From NCBI GenBank assembly GCA_964270895.1, contig OZ185440.1: a DNA stretch of 64,000 bases, one strand, 5' to 3'. Position numbers and translations under genes: made by a program. The notes beneath the pieces are model-generated. The model saw nothing but the letters and a program-made list of their open reading frames with translations. It had not been told where the DNA came from and did no database searches. The stretch is from Podarcis filfolensis. Its lineage: Eukaryota. Below, piece by piece: positions 35,448 to 48,498 of this stretch; position 1 is the first letter of the stretch; the number at the start of each line of letters is the position of its first letter.

Positions 35448-35970
35448 GTAAAAATATTATTCAAATTTTTACTGGCAGAATCTTCAAAACAAAACATAAG
35501 CATCAAAGATACAACCAAAATATCCATACAATGACTTGTGCTGTCCAGCACAGGCTCAGCATCTTACAAAATACGAAATAATCCAAATAGATCTATAAGC
35601 AAAGATATAGATCTCTCTCTCCTCAGCCTCCGTTCCAGCCTCCATTGGCCTTAGGCTGTTTAGTCTCCCTTCAGGAGAGCTTCATTTACATCCTCACTCC
35701 ATGGAGTTTGGGAGAACAAGACTCAATGGCCACTCCCTTTTAAAATGGAGATTTGCAGCCCAATACTTTCATCACATGATCTAAGGTTACAACACTCACA
35801 CGTTAGCTACCAGAGAACAACAATCAGTTAATTAACAACTCAGCAAGAGCTCAGAGTGCTCTCCTTGGCTTTAATATAGCCCCATGGAAAACCCCCATGG
35901 AAAACCTTTTCACCAATACACATTTAAGCATTCTCATTTCAGTGTCCATTAAACTATTATACTTAACAAA
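35448..35970. mobile_element. Second copy of the unclassified LTR-like repeat
   Basis: Shares long blocks with 26887-27653 (e.g. cacatgatctaaggttacaacactc; cagcaagagctcagagtgctctccttggctttaatatag) and lacks the MITE. Confidence 0.7.
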
Positions 35971-37157
35971 AAGGGGATCGGGGAAGATCAATTGCTCAGG
36001 GAAAGCAACACAGCTCCTTTTCTGCCCATGGCATCTCCAGTGCAGATTGCACTCTGTACCTGCCAGCAGTGGAGGTCTGTCAATTCCTTGTTGGCTGCTA
36101 AATGCCTGGGACTGCTCTTGGAAGGTCACAGTGCAGCTTTGCTGAAGTAGCAGCTTTGAGTGAGCATTAGCGCAGAGGATCCTCTGGCTCCCGGCAATTC
36201 TCAGGGGGCCGTTTGCTTCTTTTGCAAAAACTTTTCCTTAAAAGGATCATCAAGACACTCAATGTGCCTTCAAACACGCCTTAGGGAGTCTTTGTGTGCT
36301 TTCCCCTTCTTTTTATATATAATCCATCACTTTGTAGCATTGCTGAGCTCTTTTAAATGTGCGGCTCGCCACTCTGCTGCAGGAGAGCATCCATCTTGCA
36401 GCGCTATCTCCAGTTGTATTTGCACCAAATTTCTCAGAGGTGCTGCTGGATTTTGCCCACGGCAAAATTTCAAGGCCGATTTGGATGCCCCTACACTGGT
36501 GAAACATGCAAATGAATTTAGTGGGGTGGAACTAGAAGGGCTTTGATGAGACCAACGAAATTTCTCTTGAGATAATTCATCTCGTTCCTACTTGGGGTAT
36601 GTAGAAAGCAGTTAAACAAGCTGTTGGTCCCCTTTTGTAAAAGAGGGAAGAGGGGGGAAATCAACATCTTGATTTCTCATCTCAGTTACTACCTCCATTT
36701 GGTATTCCTTCCATTCCTTTAAGGCATCATCTACCTGTCGGTCCCAGTCTGATTTTAAGTGTATCTATGTATAGCTGTTCTTGCTTGTCTGCTCTTAACA
36801 CATCTGTGCGGATGTCTGTAACATATATTTGAACTGAATCTGAGCAATATCATTTGTGCAATCACAGCCCCCTAATCAGTTTTGCAGAAAGTGTGACCTG
36901 CGAATGCTGCCACCTTGAACCACGCTAGCGGAGGAGCCAAGCTCGCAATGATTGGAAATGATAGATCTTTGAAAGAGTCTTCAATATTTTACATTCAAGC
37001 GTGCACAGTAATAACAGAAATGGCAGTCTTTATTCTTGGGGGAAAGACGATTCCCTTGACACCGTACTTCATGCTTCTCATCTCTTCAGCAGTTAAAAGC
37101 CGTTTGTGATGTGCAGAAGTGTCAGTATTAGTAACCATTGTCTGCTTTGTTTCTTAG

Positions 37158-37211
37158 GGTTTCCAAGGCAAGACTGGCCCCCCGGGTCCTGGTGGCGTGG
37201 TTGGACCTCAG
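37158..37211 (+). CDS. COL11A1: COL11A1 exon (~38), 54 nt
   Basis: ttcttag|GGTTTC...CCTCAG|gtatga; GFQGKTGPPGPGGVVGPQ. Confidence 0.97.
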
Positions 37212-37512
37212 GTATGATGTTTCTGCCTAACTTTAGCTTTACCAAATGTGGAGAGCCCCTTTAGTTTGGCTGTGCCTGTCACACAGCAACCTCTTTCAAG
37301 CTGACCCATGACACAGTCTACCAGTGGGGTGAATGTTCAGACCAAGACTGTTTTTGCCTCATGCCCACATGTGCCCCCAAGCAATTCTGTTTTGTCACTA
37401 TTCCATGTGGAGTTTTAAATGGGGAGGAAATACACAGATTTTTTTTTTTTGAAATTCCTGTTGTTTTACTAAAGTAAGAAATGGTAGCTGCTACTTATGA
37501 GATGGTCCAAGG

Positions 37513-37648
37513 CAGGCATAGGCAACCTTCGGCCCTCCAGATGTTTTGGCCTACAACTCCCATGATCCCTAGCTAACAGGACCAGTGCTCAGGTATGATG
37601 GGAATTGTAGTCCAAAACATCTGGAGGGCCAAAGGTTGCCTATGCCTG
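37513..37648. mobile_element. hAT MITE, 136 bp, palindromic
   Basis: CAGGCATAGGCAACCTT / AAGGTTGCCTATGCCTG TIRs; exact 8-bp TSD GTCCAAGG. Confidence 0.93.
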
Positions 37649-37658
37649 GTCCAAGGCA

Positions 37659-37871
37659 NNNNNNNNNNNNNNNNNNNNNNNNNNNNNNNNNNNNNNNNNN
37701 NNNNNNNNNNNNNNNNNNNNNNNNNNNNNNNNNNNNNNNNNNNNNNNNNNNNNNNNNNNNNNNNNNNNNNNNNNNNNNNNNNNNNNNNNNNNNNNNNNNN
37801 NNNNNNNNNNNNNNNNNNNNNNNNNNNNNNNNNNNNNNNNNNNNNNNNNNNNNNNNNNNNNNNNNNNNNNN
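37659..37871. other. Assembly gap (213 N)
   Basis: Run of N. Confidence 1.
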
Positions 37872-39732
37872 AGCTGCTAAGAGCAGCTTCAAAGTGTGGC
37901 ATCTGCCACACTGGATAAAAAATGCTTTTTTATCACACATCTTGATGTGCTGTCACTTCCTGGGTAACTGTTTTTTATCTTGTATTTTTAAGTCATGAGC
38001 TGCCCTGAGATCTATAAATGAAGTATGATAGAAATTTTTAAATAATAATAATAATAGAGAAGATGGCTGTCCCCATGTATTAATGGTGACAGCCATCTTC
38101 TATTCTGCACAATGTTGTTTTGTACATCCCATTTTATGTACAGTTACACAGTAAGATCTGTGTGGCCACTCCTTGGAGCATGTTATAAAGCATGTTTATC
38201 GCTTGCAGCAAACTGTGAGACAGAGAATGTGATTGATTGAACCCAGTGCTTGCAGTAAATCACAGATCTGTCCCATGGTGTGTCCTGGTTCAAGAGTCAG
38301 GACTGAGACAGGGTGGACTTGCTTTGGAGCAAGTCCCCTGAAACAGATGAGGTTTGCATGCTTATCAGAAATTCGCCTGAAAAGAAATCTGTGGGATCTG
38401 TAAATCATGGGAAACCCTGCTCACATTAGTGGACAAGTTTAAAAACATACCATGGGTTTTTTTAGCAACCCTACGAGAGATTATGGAAGGTTTGTGGAGA
38501 CCTATACATGCTCAGTTTAGGAGGTCAGAGTCAGACTTGTCCTTCTACAAATGGAAGGGCATCTTTAATTTGTGGAAGGCAATTCTATCTAGTGGTAGCT
38601 CCCTCTGGAGGGAGGACCATGGGGAGTCAATTTACCCTGACTTGCCCTTTTTCCAGAAGCATACCATGCTACTTATGTGATGTTCAAGAGTTTCTCCAAA
38701 CCTTCCAGACCAGGGCTGCAGGGGAAAGGAAGAAATGTCCATCTCCCCCCCCCAAAAAAAACTTCCACCCTTCCTTCTGTAGAAGGGTGCCATGAACTTA
38801 ACTTCAACTTATGGGAACTCTGAATCTAACCCATAGTATTTTTTTGGAATCACAGAGTGTGGCTTGACTAGAAATGCTATTGCAACAAGCCCTTAAAGAA
38901 AAGCTTTTAGATGGCCAGACCTCTCTGAATTTCTCTCTACTCTGCTTTAACTACAGGAGTTGTATGAATCATTTTTGTTGTGTTTCTTCCAACACTTCAG
39001 TGAAGTGAAACAGCGGGCATCTTACTGAGTGCCCATTTTATCTGAATTACCGTGTGTCTCCTTCTCGACTTTTATTGACTAAGCTTAATTTCCAATGCCT
39101 GACCAGGCTGCCTTTGAATGTTAGTAAAGGTAACCGAAATCCCATCTCAGGACTGGTATATTGTGCATTTGCTTTCTTTGCGAGGGTTTTTAATTTGTTT
39201 GCATCGTATTAGTGTTTTATTTTCTTTCTTTTTAAAAAGATAAATAGCCCATTGCTTTCTGTCACCAGGAAAAAAATATATGCATTGCACCATGTACAGC
39301 CAAACTTAGAAGGAGCTTGCACATGAATTTGTATCATGAACACCATTATCATTCTGTGTTGATGTTTCTGATTTTTATCTTTAAATAGGAGTAATGGAAA
39401 TGTAGTGGCAAAACACGGCGTTAAATTTCCTTTAAACTAATGTCTTACAGAGTGCTTAGTACACTTTGGAATCAGTGGCATTTGTTTCTGCTTTGCTTCC
39501 AAATGTATATCTGAGGGCAGTGAGCTGAATTTGGATTGCCTCATCAGAATCCAAGCAAGGCCTATTAATCAGGGTTTTGCAGTGCTACTTGATGGAGTCC
39601 TTCCCAGATAAGAGAGAGCCTGCATAATTAGCTAGGCTTCCTATTACCCCAAGACAATAGAAACAATATATCTCAGCACACTTCCTCGTAACTGTACACC
39701 AGTTTGCCAACTTGCCGGACCAATGGCAACAT

Positions 39733-39948
39733 AGAATCATAGCCTTGTAGAGTTCAAGGAGTCATCTAGTCCAGCCCCCTGCAATGCAGGAATCCCAACA
39801 GAAGCATCCATGAAAGATGGCCATCCAACCTCTGCTTTGAAACCTCCACTGAAGGACAGTTCACCACCTCCCGAGGGAGACTGTCTAACAGCTGTTACCG
39901 TCAGAAAGTTCTTCCTGGTGTTTTATCCTTTCTTGTAACTCGAAGCCA
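39733..39948 (-). mobile_element. CR1 LINE 3' fragment
   Basis: agaatcatag...ccccctgcaatgcaggaatc...gatggccatccaacctctgc...cagaaagttcttcctg. Confidence 0.88.
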
Positions 39949-40752
39949 ATGCTATTAGCCACATTTGCTGGACACTTGGGCCATGTGCATCAGAAAGGAA
40001 GGGTGTAGACCACTCACCGCCACATGAAGAATGGCAGAAACTGGGATGTGGAGTTTCCAGTGAGCAGGAAAGGTGCCACAGCACTAAAGACCCATCTCTC
40101 CTCAAATTCTTACCATTCAGCAATCACAGCTAGATATGGATAGATCAGCCCATCTCTGTTCTGTGCCAGTACCTTTGGGAATTAGTCCATCTTACCTGTT
40201 TTCATTTTAAAGTGAAAATCCTAAAACATAACATGGTACAAACATGCTAACATACTTAATGAGATGGTCCAAGGGGTTGCCTTTTGCCTTCTTCATTTCC
40301 AAAAACAGCATTTCAGAACTAGTAACGTCAGTGCCATGTGGCTGAAAGCCCCTTTAAAATGCTTGGTGGAAGTGCAATCCCTTCCTAGTGAACTATATGC
40401 AAATTTTTTGGCCACTGATATATGCATTTTGTGCACATTACTTGGCCGGAGAACTGCGTTGCAAAATTTCAAAGGTTGGCTGCGTTTTGGTTTGTGCATT
40501 GTTTCAGAAGGTGCAAATTAGGAAGATTCACCTTTGAATCTCATTTCTCCCCTATCCCATCATAGAACTACCATGTCCTGACCATTTTTGGAGTAGGATG
40601 CTTTCATGGTACAACTGTGTTTGGAGATCTTAAATGCTGAAGGCCATTTGAACATGACAAGAAAATTGGTTATCTGTATTCCTCTTGGAAGTGGAGGTCA
40701 AGGAATATGTCAGTGGCACGGGATAATTAATGCTGTTCCTTTGGTTTCTTAG

Positions 40753-40896
<144 letters not shown>

Positions 40897-41822
40897 TGAA
40901 AACACACTAATATCTTCTTGTGTGTTGATCTGAATGGGCAGTTTGCCACAGCTTCAGAGATACACATGGGATTTGTTACTTCACTTCAGATCTAACTTTG
41001 TTGAGTGGTGGGTAGTGGCGGACCTACATTCTGGGAACCCCTTGGCAGCCAGCAATGAGGTCTAGCTAGCCACTGTTGTCTTCTTCAGTGGGGTTGTTCC
41101 ATGACAGATCACCATACCGTCACAATGTCTGTGCTACCGACTCTCAAATCCTGGGATGGAAATATATGCAGCAACAAAATCTGTCAATTTGACTCAAATC
41201 AATGCAACTCAGATTAGGTCTACTAGACCCCCAAGATTTAAGCAAAGCAGACGAAAATAGCTTCTGGGGGCTCTCTGGGATTAGGGGCCATGAAGCTTAA
41301 GTTTCATTAGTTTTATAGTAGATCCGCCCCGGGTGGTGGGAATTAGTGCAGGGAATGGCCTTCAACACTGGAAGAATGATGCTCCCTAGCATCCAAATGG
41401 GTCTACATTGTAATGGTCCGAAATGCCCAACAGTGGCAAGTGCAGTTAATGAAGCTGCATGGGTGCACTGAAGATTGAGACTGTGTGCTTAGGAGTGCCG
41501 AACCTCACGTAAAAGGTAAGCTAGCATTGGATTGATTATGGCTGAGATGAAAAGTCATGTAACTGCTTCTTTGATCAAAAGAACAATGATAAACAAGTTC
41601 AGGAAGAGAGTTTACTCATAAAAGTCAATGCCTTAGCATATGTTCACGTCTCAGATCTTTATTGGTTAGTTAAAAAAAAAGAACATCAGCTCTTTTAAAT
41701 TTGACAGGATTTTCAGAACTTGCCATGTGAGTGGATGCAGAATCTTATTGCCATTAAAATCCAGCATATGTGAGAAATCATGGCTGAACTGCCTGCAATT
41801 TGTTTTTGATCTGTTTCCTTAG

Positions 41823-41921
<99 letters not shown>

Positions 41922-41971
41922 TAAGGATGTGTTGCTAACCCTATTTACATGGGGTTAAGTCCTCAGTAGAA

Positions 41972-42326
41972 GGGATGCGGGTGGCGCTGTGGGTTAAACC
42001 ACAGAGCCTAGGACTTGCCGGTCAGAAGGTCGGTGGTTCGAATCCCCGTGACGGGGTGAGCTCCCATTGCTCGGTCACTGCTCCTGCCAACCTAGCAGTT
42101 CGAAAGCATGTCAAAGTGCAAGTAGATAAATAGGTACCACTCCAACGGGAAGGTAAATGGTGTTTCCATGCGCTGCTCTGGTTTGCCAGAAGCGGCTTAG
42201 TCATGCTGGCCACATGACCCGGAAGCTGTACGTCGGCTCTCTCAGCCAATAAAGCGAGATGAGCACCGCAACCCCAGAGTCGGCCACGACTGGACCTAAT
42301 GGTCAGGGGTCCCTTTACCTTTACCT
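41972..42326 (+). mobile_element. Sauria SINE, full length
   Basis: gggatgcgggtggcgctgtgggttaaacc...(ACCTTT)n; 15-bp TSD TTAAGTCCTCAGTAG at 41955-69 and 42327-41. Confidence 0.94.
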
Positions 42327-42724
42327 TTAAGTCCTCAGTAGGAGTTACTTCTGGTGTCAGCACATTGTTATATTAACTGCTAAGAGAACAAGGTCCACAA
42401 AGAGTGCTTAAGGGTTTTTTTAAAATATAAAAAGTACAGTACAGATTATCTTCTGACATTTAAAAATCAATTTATGAATGTCTATTAAATGTACAGCACT
42501 AATTGTGTCTTCAGGCATTGCTCTCTGTCAGTTTCTTGAGGTGCCATTTCCTGTCCTGTCCTCCCCGTTGATGGGGGGGGGGAGACAATGATGATATGGT
42601 TAATCAGGAGGTGGTGTCTCCTGGCTTGATTTGCCAGGGAAGATCCAACATCTCGGACTCAATAGGTGGTCCATCCCAGTCCTAAACACCAGTTTACAGT
42701 ATACTGACTGCTTAGCTCTTAAAG

Positions 42725-42859
42725 CAGGCATCCTCAAACTTGGCACTCCAGATGTTTTGAGACTACAATTCCCAACATCTCTGACCACTGGCCTTGCTAG
42801 CTAAGGATCATGGGAGTTGTAGGCCAAAAAATCTGGAGGACCGAGTTTGAGGAAGCCTG
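42725..42859. mobile_element. hAT MITE, 135 bp
   Basis: CAGGCATCCTCAAACT / AGTTTGAGGAAGCCTG TIRs; exact 8-bp TSD TCTTAAAG. Confidence 0.92.
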
Positions 42860-43071
42860 TCTTAAAGGCTTGGTTAGTGGTTAAGTAATTGTCAGAAGTG
42901 GTAAGAGACAGAAAATTGTTAATTAATGTATATTTTGTTAAAAGCTTAGAAAAAAAGATTTTGACTTTTAGAGGAGAGAGGAGGAGTGATCTATTTTTAT
43001 TTTACTTTCAGCTGCTCTAGGGAGACCTGCAGTCCAGTATACACTTTCCTGGGAGTCAACATCGCTCCTCT

Positions 43072-43073
43072 CT

Positions 43074-43121
<48 letters not shown>
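43072..43121 (+). repeat. (TTTC)n microsatellite
   Basis: About 12 copies of TTTC. Confidence 0.95.
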
Positions 43122-43283
43122 TTGCCGTAAGGTAGAACAAGCAAAGGGTTCTGCAGTAAATAGCCCATAGACTATTCATGTTCTGTAGATAGAACAGATG
43201 AAATAAAACACTTTGAAATGTTGTGCGTCACTCTTCAAATAGTGACGATGGTAATAATGACAAATAATGCCTTCTTTTGGTAG

Positions 43284-43337
43284 GGTGGAGCTGGTCTGAA
43301 AGGAGGAGAAGGTCCACAAGGTCCACCGGGTCCCATT
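43284..43337 (+). CDS. COL11A1: COL11A1 exon (~41), 54 nt
   Basis: ttggtag|GGTGGA...CCCATT|gtaagt; [18 protein letters not shown]. Confidence 0.96.
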
Positions 43338-44288
43338 GTAAGTAGAATTGCTTGAAGGACAATGAAAAAAATATTAGTATGAAAAAATGACTTCCTTTTT
43401 TATTTATGTGTATGTGCTCTTGTGAACAGTATCTAAATGAATGTCATTCAGTTCTGTCAATAGCCATTCCCTAGTAATTATGAGTCGACAAACAGAAGGA
43501 ACTATCAACACAAACATATTGGCCCATCTGAAACCTGCTGTTATCAGCAGGAGACAAATGGTATTTTCTTGTTTTCTTGTTTTATTAGAAATTATAAAGG
43601 GGTGGGGGGAGAGATAAGAAGCCTCTAGTGGCAGGAAAATGAAGAACCTACTGTACTGAAAGACTGCTGTGAAATTCTGTCCAGCTTTCCTTTCGTTCTG
43701 AAATACATAGAAGTTTGGCCCAAACTACAAGTTACATTACTCACTCTTTTAAAACACAGGTGCACACACAGAGGGAAAGCAAGAAACTGGTGCAGGGCCC
43801 TGATCCAGATTAGGAGTGTTCTTAAATTATCCACTTTTGTTTTCAAGAAAAATCAGCGGGGGGGGGGGGTCCTGATCTGGAACATGCTCCCAGTCTGGAT
43901 CAGAATCCTACACCAGTTGCATGCTGAAAATCATTGTGCTCATGACAACCTCATGACATGTGACATTACTTTCATGATAATACACTTCAACATTGATCTA
44001 GTGGCTCTGCCGTCATTGCAGATGTTGGTGCTTCTCTCTCATACGCACCTTTATTCTTGCCCAGAAAGTCTGAAGAGCAGGAAACCAGGAAAAGCTGTTG
44101 TACATCGAAAGTTGTACCAAATCTTCTGGTCTGTGGTAAAGAGCTGAGTTTCCTCCAATATTAGGGAGGTGTGGTGTGAAATTGCTACATCAGAGTAGAG
44201 TACAGTAGACATTTCCTCCCTCCTTTCCCAGTACAATGAGAGTAAAAGCAGAGTGACACAAAGCATGTTCTCCTTAATAGAGATCACG

Positions 44289-45049
44289 TGTTGCGATGGG
44301 GTCTAGCAGGCCACCCCATTCTTGCTGGGCAGATCTGTTGGTTTGCCACAGGCTGTGATTGGGTACTTGTGTTTCTGGGGAGATTTCGATGTTGCCAATT
44401 TGTGGGTTGGGCTCAAAGTTGGGCACGCAGCTTTGGGTGTTCTCTTTTGTTGCGTGCACCAGATCACCCACCTACCCTCCCTGAACTGGGGATTTTGCGC
44501 TTGAACTTGCTATGCCTGTCATGGGGTCACCTGCTTTTGGGGCAGGGGCCTTGTAGGAATTTTGTCCATTTGGCTGATTGGCTGGAGCCATTTGGTTTTT
44601 GCCTAGTGCATAGCAAATCGTCACAACTTGTAAGGTTTGCGGTTAGGCATTGGTTAAAAAATTGGTTGGTGGAGGGGTAAGTGCCTACCCCTCCAATGCT
44701 GGTGTTGCAAGGGAATTCCATTAAAGGAATCCAGGGGCTTGCCCTGCTTTTGTCCAAGTCCCTGGCATGGGGCTTGGGCTGCACAAGCCCTTGGGAGCAT
44801 GCGGGGAGAGGTGAGGGTCTGGTGCCCGGCTCCATTTTCTCCCCAATATTGTTTTCCCTTACTGGCTTTTGCTGGAATCCGGAAGTCAGTTCTGTCCCTA
44901 GACGGGGGGACAGATAGTCGGAACCAATGCCTAAGCAACCACTCACAGTTATGAATTTAAATAAAGTTGTGGCCAAAATTATGCCAATAACCTTAAACAA
45001 AAATTATGTGTGATGTGTTAGTTATTGGGGTGGCTTGGAGACCTCAACA
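44289..45049 (+). mobile_element. Solo LTR (Gypsy-type), 761 bp, sense orientation
   Basis: TGTTG...CAACA inverted termini; 4-bp TSD CACG / CACA (a CpG-decay difference); AATAAA at 44960-65 in aaataaagttgtggcc. Confidence 0.88.
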
Positions 45050-46819
45050 CACAAACAATAGAATAACGTGATGCAGGTCATACTGGACTGTACCACTTTT
45101 AACAGGAGCTGGAGGTCCCGTGTGTGTGTGTGTATGTTCTGTCCAACATAAAAACAACTCTCTGGAACATGAGGGTGAAGATATGTAAGCTAGCCTTCCT
45201 TTGTGATTTCTACTTGTACACAATCTGGTGGGGCACAAACGCCTCTGTTCAGGTATCATGCCTGAAGAAAAAATAGCAACCCTTATAGTGAGCACTGGGC
45301 CACACATGGTCTGCCCTGCCCTGCTAGTAAATGGTCTATCCAGCCTTGCTGGTTGTGAGAGTGGAGAAAGGTTGGAAGGGAACTCCTGCTCTGTTCAGTT
45401 GGAAGATGAGTAGAAGCTTCTGAGCAGTTTCGTTCCCAATGTTGTGGATGGATCAACTCATGTTCAACTGAATGTGGGTAGAGAGAAGTCCCTTCAGACA
45501 TTCCTCACTCAACATGGGAAGGCCAGGAACAGAGAGAGATTGACTTGTGTGCATGGGGATATTGAGGGCAGGGCCTCATGGCCCCATTCCTCCTATGTAG
45601 GTATTTCCTGTTTAGACACCTGAATAGTCAAGTGTCATGCTGTGAGTTTCTTGATCATGTAGCTTAGCTGTCAGTTCCCAGTAAACCTCAGTAAAATACA
45701 CACAGGGGAGAGAGGATGCTGTAAGACCACTACCTCATTGGTTTTATTTTTAATTTCCATTGGGGAAATACTTCTGCTTGATTTTGAAGTCTTGAACATG
45801 TATATTCATTTCTCAACCAACTTGTGAAAACAAACCAGCTCCCCTCTGTGGGGTAAGATTCTAATTGCCATGAAATTTAATTCTCACTCCCTGGGAATCC
45901 TAATCAAAGCAAAGCAGCATTAATCCTTTTCTATGCTTCTCAGTCATGCCGTGTGAATATTTAAGGCCAGCCCTCATCCCCTGCCATTCTGACTTGGGTA
46001 TTTCAGGCATGTGATCAGCTGGGTCAGGGGGGAAAGAGAGCACAGGGGCAAGCAAGCAAACAAACAAACAAGCAAACAAACAAACATCCTTTTTCATTAT
46101 GTGTGTTTTAGAACAAGCTTCCCTCAGACAAAAAGAGCATTTTAAATTCAAAGAGCCCAAACGCAAAAAGAAAAGTCTTTTGAATACAAGTGTGTTTGGA
46201 ACTTGCTAGAAGCATCAGCAAGTTTGTGTTACCCACAAATAGGGTGTATCTACGCACAGCGGAGAAAAACTCTGTAAATAAGTCAGAAATTAAATTGTTA
46301 TAACAAAAGATAAAAAGCACTGTGGAAAATCGCTTAGAAATATTTTTTTGCTCTCCAGTGCCGTCTGATGTTGCATTCAAAACACTGTTTTTTGACTAAT
46401 GCAGCTGAGTCCATGGACATCAACATAGAAGTCAACAACTTTTTTTTTTTTTTAGTCAGTTAAGCAAATTTCACATTTTGTGTCTGGCAAATTTCATAAT
46501 AACATTGGCTTGGTCAACATAAGCAGGGGTCAGGACACACGACACTCCAAATGTTGGATTACAGCTCCCATCATCTATGATAGGAGCAGTAAACTAACAA
46601 CATCTGAAGATTAGTCCCCCCCCCACCTTACGCTAAAGACTCTTTCACATATTACATTCCACCTGAGGGCCAAACTATATGCAACACTGAATTATGGGTG
46701 GTTTCTCCAGAAATTCACACCTGTTTTTCCTGCAGGTGTATAGGCTTCAACTGCCTCAGAAGCCTCATGTGTTATAGTAGGGTGTCTTAACTCATTAAAC
46801 TCACTAAATATAGACCCCT

Positions 46820-47000
46820 GGAGAAGGGGTGTAGCTCAGTGGTTGAGCACATGATCTGCCTGCAAAAAGTCCCAAGTCCCTAGCATCTCTGGGTAAAGCC
46901 AAGGAAGACTCCTCTCTGAAGGTATAGAGACCCACATGGAGATGGCACTGAGCCAGATGGGTCAATGGGCTGACTCAACAGAAAACAGTTTCCTGTGTTC
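46820..47000 (+). mobile_element. tRNA-derived SINE (Squam2/Anolis SINE2-like), degenerate
   Basis: ggggtgtagctcagtggttgagcacatg...tcccaagtccctagcatctct...ctgagccagatgggtcaatgggctgactca. Confidence 0.65.
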
Positions 47001-47819
47001 CAGCCACTGAAACCAGGGAGAAGAGGCAGGGAAACCAGGGAGCAGGGCAATTACAGCAACAAAAGTGCCATGTGTATTTTGGCTGTTAGCTCTTTCAATT
47101 GTATACCTAAAACTTTTAAATATGAATGTGATAAATCTTTGCAACCATAGAATGACATCAATTCAGGAATCAGGCGTTACTGTGACTACCCATCTAATAT
47201 ATACTCAGAGGCAAATCTTAAGAGATATGGTGAAATACCGTCCCTGAATCTGAGCCAAAAAGCATTATTTCCAATGGAGAAAAAAGCAATGCTGGAGTGA
47301 GCCCAGACTCCACTGCTTTCTGGCACTTCCTGGACCTGATCCTAGAGGAGACTGTCCTAGCAGAGCTTGCATTTGCCACCGAATTCAGTGATGGATGCAA
47401 ACCCTGCTTTTCCCAGGCAGTGGCAAGTCTTGGACGAGGAGCTTCCAAGTGGAACCAGGCTTGCATTTGGTGCCAGATTAAAGGGCTTTGAATGAATGCA
47501 AGCCCTGCTTGTTGAAGAACGACCAGGAGGACATTTTAAGACTCCCCATTGTTCCTCTGCACCCACAGCTTTACCTGCCCTCATGTTGTATAACTTCAGG
47601 TATGGGGCAGGTAGCCAAGGCTTGGGAGACACAATGTTATGGACCAAATTAGGCCCACTGGAATGGGTTGGAGGTTCTCCATCTGTCTTTTAAAGCAGAG
47701 ATGTGGGGGGCATCTTACTAGAAGAATTAGGGCACTTGCCAATCTTTTAGCAGTCTTTGTCCTAAACTGTGCAGTGTTGCTGGTTATTAAATAGTTTGTT
47801 CAGTGGTCTTTTCTTTTAA

Positions 47820-47960
<141 letters not shown>

Positions 47961-48355
47961 TAATATTACAGAAATTATTACTTTTCATATCCAATAATGT
48001 TAGCTCTTCACACTCCAATACCTTTCTATTGCATATGTGCCTGGCATACTCCCTCTCTATTTACAATAGAGCACTGCAGAAATTTAATTAAACTCGATGA
48101 CATTTTTTGGCACACTTTATCAAGCCCTAAGGCCCAGGGAGAGGGGTTAAACAAAGCTGATCATCATGAACACAATAGGGGCTGCCTCTGATGATAAAAT
48201 AGTTTGTCACACCGTAGCTTTGATTTAACCTTAGTGCCCTAATGCTCTGCTTTACAAAGTGCACTTTTATTTCCCATTTTCGTATCAGATTTCATCATCA
48301 CCTACTCCTGATCTCTGCTACTTTTCTAGTCAAGTGCAACTTTTAAGTGAAAACA

Positions 48356-48498
48356 CAGGGGTGGGGAACTTTCAGACCTCCTGATGTTGTTAGACCCCCC
48401 CCCCAAACATCATCCTTGGTCACTGGCCATGCTAGCTGGGACTGATGGAAGCTGGAGTCCAGAAATATCAGAAGGGCAAACTGATGCCCCATTCCTGC
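48356..48498. mobile_element. Degenerate hAT MITE
   Basis: CAGGGGTGGGGAAC...CCCCATTCCTG ends; internal catcatccttggtcactggccatgctagctgggactgatgg; TSD not recovered. Confidence 0.65.

Noticed and set aside
37569-37998. ORFs of 107-137 aa containing X runs
   Set aside because: Artefacts of the N gap
44288-45000. 130-157-aa ORFs on both strands
   Set aside because: They lie wholly within a solo LTR and have no gag/pol motifs.
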